In this document: positions 34,899 through 44,731 of the stretch, in pieces
How the letters are laid out: each line of letters opens with the position of its first letter
Numbering within the stretch: position 1 is the first letter of the stretch
Assembly: GCA_964639295.1 (NCBI GenBank)
Contig: CAZXDT010000001.1
Coordinates: 181,068 to 245,067 of the forward strand
Length of the DNA: 64,000 nt
Direction: 5' to 3'
Origin: an uncultured Candidatus Saccharibacteria bacterium
GTDB taxonomy: Bacteria; Patescibacteriota; Saccharimonadia; Saccharimonadales; JALRHH01
Position numbers and translations under genes: made by a program
The notes under the pieces: model-generated
Database searches by the model: none
Seen by the model: only the letters and a program-made list of their open reading frames with translations
What the model was told of the DNA's origin: nothing

Positions 34899-35906
34899 TT
34901 AGTTTGAGTAATCAACCTGTTCCGTACTATCCCCTTGCTTAAGTGCTATATACAACAGTGATCGCAGACTATGCATTGAGAAATTATCATTGATCGGGAT
35001 GATATACTCGTCTCCGTCATCCAACTCAACTCGACTACCAATTACAACTATTCGCAAACCAAAAGTAAGTTCGTTTGAACCATCTACATCTGAAAAACCG
35101 TGCAGCACTTCCACCGATACCGGGTAGCCCAATGCACTGCCTGGCTTTGCTATAGCTGGTTCGAGACCATTCAGGGCGTCATCGTCTGACTTGTAACAAT
35201 CCCCCTGAAATCGCATATCATATGGAACTTTGGTGTCAAAAGTAACGAGTGAGTTAACGTAATCCCGGACTATGTCCATTTCTTCCGTATTTATAGTTCG
35301 CACTGGAACCTGTACATTGCGAAGTGACATCACGAAATCAGACTCACTGAGACTGTCAATCTTAGCTTGCATAATACCAGCACATTCATCTGGGAAGGAG
35401 TACTGCATTTTATCAAAATAACTTTGATCTGAGCCAAACGGATACTTAATAAATACCTCGTTTGGCACGGCAAACCCCTCCGATACGCCCCAAAACTTAA
35501 CAAGATCACTCTCTCCTACGCGTACAGGCTCGAATCTAAAGTAGTGACCTATCAAATATTTATACTTCGTTGGGTCTTCTTTTTGCTGTGCTCGTGTGGT
35601 CGTAAAGCCCAGAGACGTAACCTGAGCATCTTGAAGATACACACGACGAGGTTCAGCTGCACTTGGATCGTCCAGATCTATCTTGCCGGGCATAATGACA
35701 TAGCCTGTAATCGTTAGATCCTTACCAATGTAAGGCCACTGAGAATCTAGTTCCTTTAGCAGTTCCCTTTTGGCATCTTCATCAATACCGTCATGAAAAA
35801 TTAGTTCTTGTGCCGCCTGGAGTTGGTCAAACACGGGTTTGAGGGCAGAGTCCTCTAACGCCATATCAAATCCAGAAAAAATGTCTATCCCACTTGCCTC
35901 GCTCAT
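34899..35906 (-). CDS. Hypothetical acidic protein
   Basis: 335-aa ORF. No TM or signal peptide and no recognised family. Confidence 0.5.
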   Translation of the reverse strand: MSEASGIDIFSGFDMALEDSALKPVFDQLQAAQELIFHDGIDEDAKRELLKELDSQWPYIGKDLTITGYVIMPGKIDLDDPSAAEPRRVYLQDAQVTSLGFTTTRAQQKEDPTKYKYLIGHYFRFEPVRVGESDLVKFWGVSEGFAVPNEVFIKYPFGSDQSYFDKMQYSFPDECAGIMQAKIDSLSESDFVMSLRNVQVPVRTINTEEMDIVRDYVNSLVTFDTKVPYDMRFQGDCYKSDDDALNGLEPAIAKPGSALGYPVSVEVLHGFSDVDGSNELTFGLRIVVIGSRVELDDGDEYIIPINDNFSMHSLRSLLYIALKQGDSTEQVDYSN

Positions 35907-35945
35907 AGAGGGATTTTACGCCTGTCTAATTATTTTGGGAATAAA

Positions 35946-37463
35946 CTAGTCAAATTTTACATCAGGGTAGACTGATTTGGTGGTTTCGTCTATTTCGTGG
36001 CGGAGTTGTGGAAATGGCACGCCTTCACGGGCAGTAACACCCTCAAAGATCCAAAATACACGTTCAGAAAAGCCTAGTCCACAGGCTGGTGGCATGCCGT
36101 ACTCCAACATTTCGACAAAGTCGATATCAAGCATCATAGCCTCATCATCACCTGCATCACGCATATTTTGCTGTTCAACAAATCGAGCAAGTTGCTCCTG
36201 TGGATCATTTAATTCTGAGAAACCATTACTCATTTCACTACCAGCAATCACTGCCTGGAAGCGCTGTGTTGTCTCGGGATTGTCAGGATTTGTCTTGGCT
36301 AGTGGGCTGATAAATAGTGGCGTATTAATGAGCCATACTGGACCAGCCACGTTCTTACGGATGTTTTTCCAGAGCTTATCTATACCGCGAGCTTTGTTTT
36401 CAGTCTTCTCTACTTCTAGTTTGTTGTCTTTGAGCGCTTTTTTGACATCATCCAGTGAGCAGTTATAGATATCTATATCGTAATGCTTCTTGATAACTTC
36501 TGCGTAATCCCACTGTTCCCACGGTTTACTGAGGTCTATATCAAAGTCGCCCAGTTTGAACTGCAGTTTGCCGAATGCAGCCTCAATCACGTATTTAAAT
36601 AAGTCTTCCTGGAACTGCATACCTTGGCGCCAGTCGGCGTATGCCCAATACCATTCCATTGCGATGTGCTCTGGTAAGTGCTCGTCACTGTAGTTTTCGT
36701 TACGGAAACGAGGGCCAATATCATAGACCTTTTCAAAACCAGCTCCGAGCAGACGCTTGAGTGGCAATTCATGACTAATACGTAGATAGAAATCCTGATC
36801 GAGAGCGTCCATGTGTGTTACGAATGGGTTAGCATCTGCACCACCAGTTGTATGCTCTAGAACGGGCACATTCACCTCTGTAAAGCCACGCTCATTTAAG
36901 AAGTCGCGTGTAGCCTGCCAGAACTTGCTACGACGCACAAAACGTTCGCGAACATCCTGGTTAACGCTCATATCCACGTAGCGGCGGCGCATACGTTCTT
37001 CTTTGTTCGTAAAGCCTTCTATGTCCGTAGGCATACCTCGGAGCGACTTAGTAAGCATTCGTAGTTTAGTAGCATAAATAGACTTTTCACCAGTCTTTGT
37101 GGATTGCACAAGGCCACTTGCCTCAATAAAGTCACCAGGATCAAGCAAGTTTAGTTCGCCATATGCCAATTCGCTATTTGCACGGTCTGGATCTGGGAAA
37201 TCTTCGCGCTGTAGGAATAACTGAATCTCTGCGCTCGCATCACGTACCACTACAAAGGCAATTTTACCGAATTTTCGGATAGACTTAATACGACCGACGA
37301 TTGATGCAGTAGCCTTTTCTCCCTCAAGTTTTTCAAAGTTGTCGACGAGGTCTTTGATTGTAGTTGTTTGGCTGACATTTGCCGGATATGGATTAACGCC
37401 AAGTTTTTTTAGCTCTTCCAATTTACGTAGGCGTTCGTCACGCAATTCTTTAAGTGTTGCCAC
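35946..37463 (-). CDS. lysS: Lysyl-tRNA synthetase, class II
   Basis: 505 aa. OB anticodon domain and class II motifs (FTEVNVPVLE, GPRFRNE, GLGFSERV). Confidence 0.95.
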   Translation of the reverse strand: MATLKELRDERLRKLEELKKLGVNPYPANVSQTTTIKDLVDNFEKLEGEKATASIVGRIKSIRKFGKIAFVVVRDASAEIQLFLQREDFPDPDRANSELAYGELNLLDPGDFIEASGLVQSTKTGEKSIYATKLRMLTKSLRGMPTDIEGFTNKEERMRRRYVDMSVNQDVRERFVRRSKFWQATRDFLNERGFTEVNVPVLEHTTGGADANPFVTHMDALDQDFYLRISHELPLKRLLGAGFEKVYDIGPRFRNENYSDEHLPEHIAMEWYWAYADWRQGMQFQEDLFKYVIEAAFGKLQFKLGDFDIDLSKPWEQWDYAEVIKKHYDIDIYNCSLDDVKKALKDNKLEVEKTENKARGIDKLWKNIRKNVAGPVWLINTPLFISPLAKTNPDNPETTQRFQAVIAGSEMSNGFSELNDPQEQLARFVEQQNMRDAGDDEAMMLDIDFVEMLEYGMPPACGLGFSERVFWIFEGVTAREGVPFPQLRHEIDETTKSVYPDVKFD

Positions 37464-37473
37464 AGTATTCCTT

Positions 37474-37506
37474 ATATAAAAATCTGGGGTTAGTATACCC
37501 CAGATT
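37474..37506 (-). terminator. Intrinsic terminator after greA
   Basis: AATCTGGGGT-tagtat-ACCCCAGATT, followed on the minus strand by TTTTTATAT. Confidence 0.7.
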
Positions 37507-37528
37507 CATTGTTCTTAACAGGTTACGC

Positions 37529-37987
37529 TTATGAAATTTCAGTAATCTTGTACTTAGTTGTCTCTGCTGGAGTAACTATTTCTACTTCTTCACCGAGCTT
37601 CTTGCCTAGCAATGCTTGTCCAATTGGTGATTCGTCAGAGATCTTACCATTAAGCGGGTCAGCTTCTACTGTACCGACTACTTGGAATTCTTTAGACTTT
37701 CCTGCGTTCTTCAACATGACAGTTGAGCCAAGCTGAACCTTACTGTCACCCTTTGGCTTCTTGATGACTGCAACGTTCTGCAAAATGTGCTCTACTTCTG
37801 AAATACGAGCTTCAAGCTTCTCTTGTTCCTGACGGGCAGTCTGGTATTCTGCATTTTCTGCAAGGTCACCAAATTCACGAGCAGTCTTAATCTTCTCAGC
37901 GACTGGACCACGCTCAGCAATGAGCTGTTCCAGCTCCTTAGTCAATTCATCCACACCAGTCTGTGTCAGACTAAATTTCTTGTTCAT
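37529..37987 (-). CDS. greA: Transcription elongation factor GreA
   Basis: 152 aa. AREFGDLAENAEYQTARQEQ coiled coil and C-terminal GreA/B domain. Confidence 0.9.
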   Translation of the reverse strand: MNKKFSLTQTGVDELTKELEQLIAERGPVAEKIKTAREFGDLAENAEYQTARQEQEKLEARISEVEHILQNVAVIKKPKGDSKVQLGSTVMLKNAGKSKEFQVVGTVEADPLNGKISDESPIGQALLGKKLGEEVEIVTPAETTKYKITEIS

Positions 37988-38060
37988 ACTACTCTCCTTA
38001 CCTTCTCTTCTTTATAGAGAAGTGTTTGTATCTCTCAGGATTAGTTTAATTGTATCAGAT

Positions 38061-39311
38061 TTACTTTTTAACGAGTACCTTTATGAGTTCTTCTGTATCC
38101 AGCATTTCGGTATCAGTTCCTATACGCTTCTTGAACTCATGCTTACCCGCTTCTATCGTTTTGGCACTTACCACCACACGATACGGTATTCCCATGAGGT
38201 CGGCATCGGCAAACTTTGTTCCCGGACGCTCATCACGGTCATCATATAGTACCGTAACACCAGCTTCAGTCAAGCTTTTGTATAAATCATCGGCTGCTGA
38301 TATCACATCTGGTGTATTTCCAAGTGATGCGAGGTAAACTTTGAATGGCGAGATGTTTTCTGGCCACACGATGCCCTTGTCATCTGCAAACTTCTCAACG
38401 ATAACACCCATTACTCTCGTGATGCCAATACCGTAAGATGCGAGGTAGATGGGCTTCTGCTCGCCGGATTCATCGGTGTAGAAGATCCCCATTTTCTCTG
38501 ACTTTTCGGTTCCGAATTTAAAGATGTTGCCAACCTCTGCACTTTTTACTGAGGTAAGCGTACTCTTATCTACACCAATCTCTGCGGTTGCGTCGTCAAG
38601 TACTTCTTCGTTCACGGCTACGGATTTATCTTCGTTAACGTACAGAACGTCTTCACCAGCATCACAAATAGTCTGGAATTCATGGCTAAATTTGGTGAAA
38701 GCGCCTCCACTTGCGAAAGTTACAAATGTACTGTCACCAATACCAAATCGTTCGAAACAACGCTTGTAGGCTTCAATAACCTTGTCGTAATACAAATCAC
38801 AGTCTTCCTCACTAGCATGTAGCGAGTACATGTCTTTCATGACAAATTCACGTCCACGCATGATGCCACTCTTAGCCCGCAACTCGTTACGTAACTTGGT
38901 TTGGAACTGATAAACGCTCTGGGGCAAATCTTTGTAACTGTTAACGTACTGTTGCATCATTTCCATGATGGCTTCTTCATGACTCCAGGCTAAACCAAGT
39001 TCAGTACCATCCTGCAGTGCGGTCTTGAACCACACATCAACAGCTTCATCACTCCAACGTCCTGTGCCTTCCCAAGTCTCTTGCCGCTGCAAGTTGGTCA
39101 TAATCAACTCTTGGCCCGCAACTGCGTTCATTTCCTCTCGAACAATCTGTTTAATATTCTCTACAACACGGAGCCCAAGAGGTGTATAAGCATAGACGCC
39201 GGCCATTACCTTGTATACAAAGCCAGCCTGAATCAATAACTGCGCGTTCTTAGCTGTTTCGTCAGCTGGTGCTTCTTTGCGTGTTTTAGTAAATAACTGT
39301 GATGTCCTCAT
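38061..39311 (-). CDS. proS: Prolyl-tRNA synthetase, bacterial-like but lacking the INS editing domain
   Basis: 416 aa. MRTSQLFTKTRKEAPADE..., RNELRAKSGIMRGREFVMKD, anticodon-binding C-terminus. Only about 40 aa separate motifs 2 and 3. Confidence 0.85.
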   Translation of the reverse strand: MRTSQLFTKTRKEAPADETAKNAQLLIQAGFVYKVMAGVYAYTPLGLRVVENIKQIVREEMNAVAGQELIMTNLQRQETWEGTGRWSDEAVDVWFKTALQDGTELGLAWSHEEAIMEMMQQYVNSYKDLPQSVYQFQTKLRNELRAKSGIMRGREFVMKDMYSLHASEEDCDLYYDKVIEAYKRCFERFGIGDSTFVTFASGGAFTKFSHEFQTICDAGEDVLYVNEDKSVAVNEEVLDDATAEIGVDKSTLTSVKSAEVGNIFKFGTEKSEKMGIFYTDESGEQKPIYLASYGIGITRVMGVIVEKFADDKGIVWPENISPFKVYLASLGNTPDVISAADDLYKSLTEAGVTVLYDDRDERPGTKFADADLMGIPYRVVVSAKTIEAGKHEFKKRIGTDTEMLDTEELIKVLVKK

Positions 39312-39341
39312 ATGACCCCTATTCTACCCCATAAGGCTAGC

Positions 39342-40190
39342 TTACGTCACTTTGAAAATAAAAAGTGCCAAGAATGCTAGACCATTCTTTATAAAATGCA
39401 GTCCGATCCCCGGCCAAAGGCTGCCCGTTTTCTGACGAAGCCATACAAGTATCATCGAAAGTGTGAAGGTGTCGGCTGCCGCAGTCCACAGCAATGCGTT
39501 ACCACTGCCCCACTGTAAATGTGCTGATGCAAAGATAATACTCGTGATTACCGCAGCAACGATTTTAGGCAGCTTAGTCCTAAGTCCGGTATACAAAAAC
39601 CCACGAACTACAAGCTCCTCAACGAGTGGTGGCAAGATAACGAGACTTAAGAATACAAATAGCAACTCAGGGCCGGCCGTGCCCGTACTAAAGCCAAGTT
39701 CCTGTTTCTGATTAACATCCACTTGCGGAAAGTATTGTTTGATAATGTTAAAAATTAGTAAGGCATACACCCCGAAGTACATTGCAAACCCCGCCAGCGC
39801 ATAGCCGATATCCCTCAATTGTGGCTTAACAACACCGATTGCTGATAGTAGTGTTTTACGTCGCTTTACAAATACATATATCAGCCAAGTTGTAAGTGCC
39901 TCAATAGATAAGATCATGGCAAACTGCCAGCCCGGTGAATGCTCAAGGATATCGTTCAGCTGATCATTAGAAAGCCCGCGAGCACCACCAATCACACTAG
40001 CGATAACCCCAATGACTATTTGTGTCGTAAAGTATACAGCCACAGTAACGCCTACTGCCTCAAGTGGGCTCCAATTCACATCCGCTTCGTCTGACTTCCG
40101 CCTCACAAAAAACCTAATCACACCGTAAAAGGCCAAGGCACCAAGGAGCATTGTGACTACGTTTGACGAGGAAACCACCAAGCCAAACAT
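39342..40190 (-). CDS. CPBP family intramembrane glutamic endopeptidase
   Basis: 282 aa. EELVVRGFLY (EExxxR) and FASAHL (FxxxH). TAATG overlap with rseP. Confidence 0.8.
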   Translation of the reverse strand: MFGLVVSSSNVVTMLLGALAFYGVIRFFVRRKSDEADVNWSPLEAVGVTVAVYFTTQIVIGVIASVIGGARGLSNDQLNDILEHSPGWQFAMILSIEALTTWLIYVFVKRRKTLLSAIGVVKPQLRDIGYALAGFAMYFGVYALLIFNIIKQYFPQVDVNQKQELGFSTGTAGPELLFVFLSLVILPPLVEELVVRGFLYTGLRTKLPKIVAAVITSIIFASAHLQWGSGNALLWTAAADTFTLSMILVWLRQKTGSLWPGIGLHFIKNGLAFLALFIFKVT

Positions 40191-41317
40191 TAGAAAAAGC
40201 GTTTTACATCAACTATCGTAATCAACACGAATAGTGCCATAAGCACTACGAAGCCAGTCCCATGTATGCGGTCTTCTGCCCGTTCTGTCAGAGGCTTTTT
40301 GATGGCTCTATACACTAGTGTCACAAAGAGTCGGCCACCATCGAGTGCTGGGATAGGAAGTACGTTCATAATTGCGAGCGTTAGAGAAATTACCGCGATG
40401 ATCATCAGAATAAACTGAATACCGAGATCAGCACCTTGCTGCAAGATTACGAATACACCCACTGGGCCGGCAACTTGTTCAGATGCCTGTTTGCCATTAC
40501 CGGTGAATAGACCAGCTAGCGCAGTCCCTAGTCCCTTAAACGTCAACTGAGTAAACTGGCCAATAACGCCGCCTGCAACTACTGGCGCTGACCATGTATA
40601 GCGATTTACTTCGTAGACGCTTGGTGCAATACCTAAGTAACCCTTGGGGTTATCAGTTTTCTTGCTAGCATCTACCTCCGAAGTAGAACGTAATTGCAAC
40701 TGAGTTTTTTGCAAGACATCACTACGACGATACTCTACTTCAACATTTTGACCTGCTAGTTTTTTGGTTAGTTCAGGGAATGCTTCCGTTGTTGTTACGG
40801 TAGTCTGTGGACCATTTACAGGACCAATACTCTCTAGAATATCTTGCTTTTGTAGGCCCGCCTTTGCAGCTGGTGAGTCTGCTTCTACGTAACCAATGAA
40901 CATGTGTCGCTGAGCAATTCGTTCGTCACTTTTAACCGTAAACTGATTATCAACTAGCTTAGGCATCCCAATGAGAGCCAATAAAAGGAACATTATATAC
41001 GCAGTCAGAAGGTTCATTACCACACCAGCAACCATAATTTTAACCTTTGTGCCCAGTGGTGCGGCACCAAAACTACCCTTGGACTTAGCCGAATCATGTT
41101 CACCCTTAAGACGAACAAAACCACCGAGTGGCAACCAGTTCAATGTATATTCGGTCCCGTTCTTCCTGGTAATCGTCTTGGCCTTTGGAGGGAACCCTAT
41201 ACCAAACTCCTCAACATCAACCCCGCCCCGGCGAGCCATAATAAAATGTCCCCACTCGTGCACAACGACAAGGCCTATGAATAGAACCAACCCCAAAATT
41301 AATAGAATAACTGACAT
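40190..41317 (-). CDS. rseP: RIP metalloprotease RseP (M50 site-2 protease with PDZ)
   Basis: 375 aa. HEWGHFIMAR (HExxH), PDZ (SPAAKAGLQKQD), NVLPIPALDGG. Confidence 0.9.
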   Translation of the reverse strand: MSVILLILGLVLFIGLVVVHEWGHFIMARRGGVDVEEFGIGFPPKAKTITRKNGTEYTLNWLPLGGFVRLKGEHDSAKSKGSFGAAPLGTKVKIMVAGVVMNLLTAYIMFLLLALIGMPKLVDNQFTVKSDERIAQRHMFIGYVEADSPAAKAGLQKQDILESIGPVNGPQTTVTTTEAFPELTKKLAGQNVEVEYRRSDVLQKTQLQLRSTSEVDASKKTDNPKGYLGIAPSVYEVNRYTWSAPVVAGGVIGQFTQLTFKGLGTALAGLFTGNGKQASEQVAGPVGVFVILQQGADLGIQFILMIIAVISLTLAIMNVLPIPALDGGRLFVTLVYRAIKKPLTERAEDRIHGTGFVVLMALFVLITIVDVKRFF

Positions 41318-41341
41318 CTAATTAAGTATAACTTCTTTCCT

Positions 41342-42040
41342 CTACTTACCAAATCTACGTTTGCGATTTGAGTATTCGCTGAGAGCTTTGTCCAGTTCTG
41401 CTTCATTGAAGTCGGGCCAATATAGGTCGCTGAAATATAATTCTGCATAATCGCTTCGGTACAGCATGAAGCCACTTGTTCTGTGTTCGCCGGAGGTGCG
41501 AATAACCAAGTCTACACCTGGAACTTCTGGGTAATACAGAGCCTCATGGACTGTGTCACGAGTTATATCTTGTGGCTTAATACCGCTATCAACAATGGCT
41601 TTTACCGCGTCAACAAGTTCTTCTTGTCCACCATAGTTAAAGCAAAGTGCCAAGGTACCACGTGTGTTATCACGGGTCTTCTGTTCGGCTTTTTCAATCG
41701 CCTTGAGCACTGGAGCGGTTAAATGATCACGCCTACCAAGTACTACTATTTTAATCCCGGCTTTATCAAATGTGTTGAGATGTCTTTCAACTGCCTTTAC
41801 GAGCAGTTTCATGAGGTATCCAACTTCTTCTTCGGTCCGTTGCCAGTTCTCGGTAGAAAACGCGAATGCACTTATATATTCGATACCTTTATCAAATGCT
41901 GCAAGTACGGTGGTTTTAAAAGTCTCTGCCCCTTGCCGATGACCCTCTAGTGTAGGCAGACTCTTTTCCTTTGCCCAGCGCCGATTCCCATCAAGAATAA
42001 TACCCAGATGCTTTGGAAGAACCATTTTTAATTCTGCCAT
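41342..42040 (-). CDS. uppS: Isoprenyl transferase (undecaprenyl-diphosphate synthase)
   Basis: 232 aa. HLGIILDGNRRWA, FAFSTENWQR, IRTSGEHRTSGFMLY. Confidence 0.9.
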   Translation of the reverse strand: MAELKMVLPKHLGIILDGNRRWAKEKSLPTLEGHRQGAETFKTTVLAAFDKGIEYISAFAFSTENWQRTEEEVGYLMKLLVKAVERHLNTFDKAGIKIVVLGRRDHLTAPVLKAIEKAEQKTRDNTRGTLALCFNYGGQEELVDAVKAIVDSGIKPQDITRDTVHEALYYPEVPGVDLVIRTSGEHRTSGFMLYRSDYAELYFSDLYWPDFNEAELDKALSEYSNRKRRFGK

Positions 42041-42042
42041 TT

Positions 42043-42606
42043 CTAGACTGTAAGGATTTCTTGTTCTTTGGCTTTAGCTGCAGCCTCGGCCTTAGTCTTA
42101 TACTGATTGAGATTGTCATCGGTTTGCTTCTGCAAACGCTTGGCTTCATCTTCACCAATTTCTTTGGCTTTTTTGCCTGCGTCGATAGCGTCCATGGCTT
42201 CGCGGCGGATGTTACGAAGCGCAACCATGCAGTCTTCTAACTTACTGCTAGCTATCTTTACGTATTCACGGCGACGTTCTTCATTAAGTGGTGGGATCGG
42301 TACTCGTACGACACGGCCATCGTCTGATGGATTGAGCCCTAGCGCTGGATTATCGCGGATAGCACTGGCAATCGCCTGGATGTTAGTTGGGTCAAACGGA
42401 GTAATCTGGAGCAACTGACCTTCCGGTGCGGTCACATTAGCAACCTGTACAAGTGGCATATCTGTTCCATATGCAGTTACTACCACGCTATCAAGCATGC
42501 TTGGGTGTGCGCGACCAGTACGGACTTTTTTAAGATCTTCTTCAAAGTGAGCCACAGCGGCTTGGAATTTAGTGTCGGCATCGTTAACTGCTTGGACTGG
42601 ATTCAT
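42043..42606 (-). CDS. frr: Ribosome recycling factor
   Basis: 187 aa. VRTGRAHPSMLDSVVV...ITPFD...NPSDDG..VRVPIPPLNEERR. Confidence 0.9.
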   Translation of the reverse strand: MNPVQAVNDADTKFQAAVAHFEEDLKKVRTGRAHPSMLDSVVVTAYGTDMPLVQVANVTAPEGQLLQITPFDPTNIQAIASAIRDNPALGLNPSDDGRVVRVPIPPLNEERRREYVKIASSKLEDCMVALRNIRREAMDAIDAGKKAKEIGEDEAKRLQKQTDDNLNQYKTKAEAAAKAKEQEILTV

Positions 42607-42665
42607 AGAGTTCCTTATTTACTTCTTTAATTATATCACTCGCAAATGAAAAGCAGCAGTAAAGA

Positions 42666-42962
42666 CTACTGCTGCTCTGTATCTGGATTGTAGGTAAGAA
42701 GTACCTTGGGTACATCATCAGTACCAGGACGGCGATCGAGCATTTCAAGCACAACCATACCACCCATCTGAGCTGCTACGCGCTCCCTAATATGGCCGTA
42801 ATGCTCCTGACCTTCTGGTGTATTCTCAAAGTTAAATTCACCAAAACCACCAAGTGTAGGATCGAGCGTATACCTTCTCAGCAAGCCACGCTTAAAACGC
42901 TTTACTGCTCTGTTTGATAGCTCACCACAACGCTCGTTACTACACTCTTCGGCACTCGTCAT
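42666..42962 (-). CDS. Hypothetical protein occupying the usual pyrH slot
   Basis: 98-aa ORF between tsf and frr. No recognised family. Confidence 0.45.
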   Translation of the reverse strand: MTSAEECSNERCGELSNRAVKRFKRGLLRRYTLDPTLGGFGEFNFENTPEGQEHYGHIRERVAAQMGGMVVLEMLDRRPGTDDVPKVLLTYNPDTEQQ

Positions 42963-42980
42963 ACGACTCTCGTGTTGTAT

Positions 42981-43580
42981 TTAAGCTACTTCGCCAAGTG
43001 CGATACGGTTAAAGCGTCGTACAACAACGTTCTCGTTCATCAAAGCAGCCTGCTGCTTAACATACTCGCCAACAGTTACATCAGGGTTTTTGATATAAGG
43101 CTGATCAAGCAGACAAAGCTCTGCGAAGTACTTCTTAAGCTGGCCTTCTACAATCTTATCAGCCATTTCAGCAGGCTTGCTCTTGAGTGAATCACTCGTA
43201 AGCAGCTCTTGCTTCTTAGCATCCTGTACATCTGCTGGGATATCATCCGCGCTAACATATGCAGGTGATGCAGCGGCGATGTGCATTGCAACGTCTTTAA
43301 CAAGTTCTGCAAAGATATCACCACGTGCCACGAAGTCGGTTTCGCAGTTCACTTCAACTAACACGCCTATACGGCCGTCGTGGTTATAGGTGCCAATCAT
43401 ACCTTCACGAGCTTCACGCTCACCGCGCTTCTCTGCCTTGGTCATACCTTTTTTACGCATAGCTTCAAGCGCCTTATCAAAGTCACCTTCTGCTTCTACG
43501 AGTGCTGCTTTTGCATCGGTAATACCAACACCAGTCAATTCACGTAGTCTTTTAATCTCTTCAATAGAAATGTTTGCCAT
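42981..43580 (-). CDS. tsf: Elongation factor Ts (short form)
   Basis: Start at MANISIEEIKRLRELTGVG with GGAGAG RBS. UBA-like N-terminus plus core. The track ORF was extended 13 codons upstream. Confidence 0.9.
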   Translation of the reverse strand: MANISIEEIKRLRELTGVGITDAKAALVEAEGDFDKALEAMRKKGMTKAEKRGEREAREGMIGTYNHDGRIGVLVEVNCETDFVARGDIFAELVKDVAMHIAAASPAYVSADDIPADVQDAKKQELLTSDSLKSKPAEMADKIVEGQLKKYFAELCLLDQPYIKNPDVTVGEYVKQQAALMNENVVVRRFNRIALGEVA

Positions 43581-43746
43581 ATTTACTCTCCTTCGTGCGT
43601 GCATATTTATGTGGCGCATCTTGGGCGCTAGCCTTACGTCAGATCTTTCACCGTACCTTGGTACGCCTCAAGATCAAGCCTCGGCTATCATCCCAACCTA
43701 CACTCACATAAATACCCACTTAACAGTGGTTATTATTTGTTAAGAA

Positions 43747-44496
43747 CTAAGCTTTTTCTTCGTCTTTATCTGGTGCTGGTGCTTCTTTTTCTGCCTTTTT
43801 AGCATACTTCTGTGAACCAGCAGTAATTGCCTGCTCCACATAGTCAGCAACCAACTGCAGCGCTTTAATAGCATCGTCGTTACATGGCACTGGATATTCA
43901 ACCTGACTTGGGTCAGCGTTACTATCTACCAATGCGACAACTGGCACGCCGAGCTTCTTGGCTTCACGGACTGCATTCACATCGTGTGTAATGTCAAAGA
44001 CAAATACAGCGCCAGGTTTAGCGGCCAAGTTCTTGATACCACCGTAGATGTGGTTCATTTCTTCGATTTCTTCCTGGAAACGTTGTACTTCAAGTTTGTT
44101 GTACTTTGCAGCCAACTGGCCGTTTTCCATCTTTGCTTCAAGGTCTTTAAGGTGCTTAATACGACCACCGATAGTATTACGGTTGGTCATCATTCCACCG
44201 AGCCAACGCTCAACAACGAATGGGTTGCTAGTGTCGTTTGCCAACTTTAGAGCAATGTCGTGCGCCTGACGCTTAGTACCAACAATAAGTACTTGTTTGC
44301 CTTCTGCGGCAGTGTTTTCCAAGAAGTTCAATGCTGTTTCTAGCGTAGAGACTGTCTTGGTTAGATCGATAATGTGGCTGCCATTCCTCTTAGAGTGAAT
44401 GTACTGAGCCATCTTAGGGTGCCAACGGCTGGTCTTGTGACCAAAGTGCGCGCCTGCCTCTAGTAGTTTTTTGATATCAACATCGACTGATGCCAT
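43747..44496 (-). CDS. rpsB: 30S ribosomal protein S2
   Basis: 249 aa. LLEAGAHFGHKTSRWHPKM..., VVDSNADP-type region (ALVDSNADPSQV). Confidence 0.95.
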   Translation of the reverse strand: MASVDVDIKKLLEAGAHFGHKTSRWHPKMAQYIHSKRNGSHIIDLTKTVSTLETALNFLENTAAEGKQVLIVGTKRQAHDIALKLANDTSNPFVVERWLGGMMTNRNTIGGRIKHLKDLEAKMENGQLAAKYNKLEVQRFQEEIEEMNHIYGGIKNLAAKPGAVFVFDITHDVNAVREAKKLGVPVVALVDSNADPSQVEYPVPCNDDAIKALQLVADYVEQAITAGSQKYAKKAEKEAPAPDKDEEKA

Positions 44497-44607
44497 ATGA
44501 ATAGAACCTTCCTTTAATCCTTGATCTTAGATTGGGTGCCGTATGGTCCCTACACGGGATGACATAAGGAGGATTAATTCCCAACCTGCTTAATTTGTTA
44601 CTTGATT

Positions 44608-44636
44608 ATTCTAACAGATGACTAACAGATTGACAA
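44608..44636 (-). promoter_or_regulatory. Sigma70-type promoter of rpsB-tsf
   Basis: Minus strand TTGTCA-N17-TAGAAT. About 100-nt leader before the rpsB ATG. Confidence 0.5.
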
Positions 44637-44658
44637 TACCCGAGACTTCAGGTAGAAT
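44630..44658 (+). promoter_or_regulatory. Sigma70-type promoter of rpmE
   Basis: TTGACA (44630..44635)-N17-TAGAAT (44653..44658). The -35 overlaps the -35 of the divergent rpsB promoter. Confidence 0.55.
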
Positions 44659-44731
44659 TGTCTAGTTAAAACATCGACTGCAGTGAGGCTCGCTGCTAAC
44701 CGGTGGCAATCATTAATGAGCCAGGATTTAT

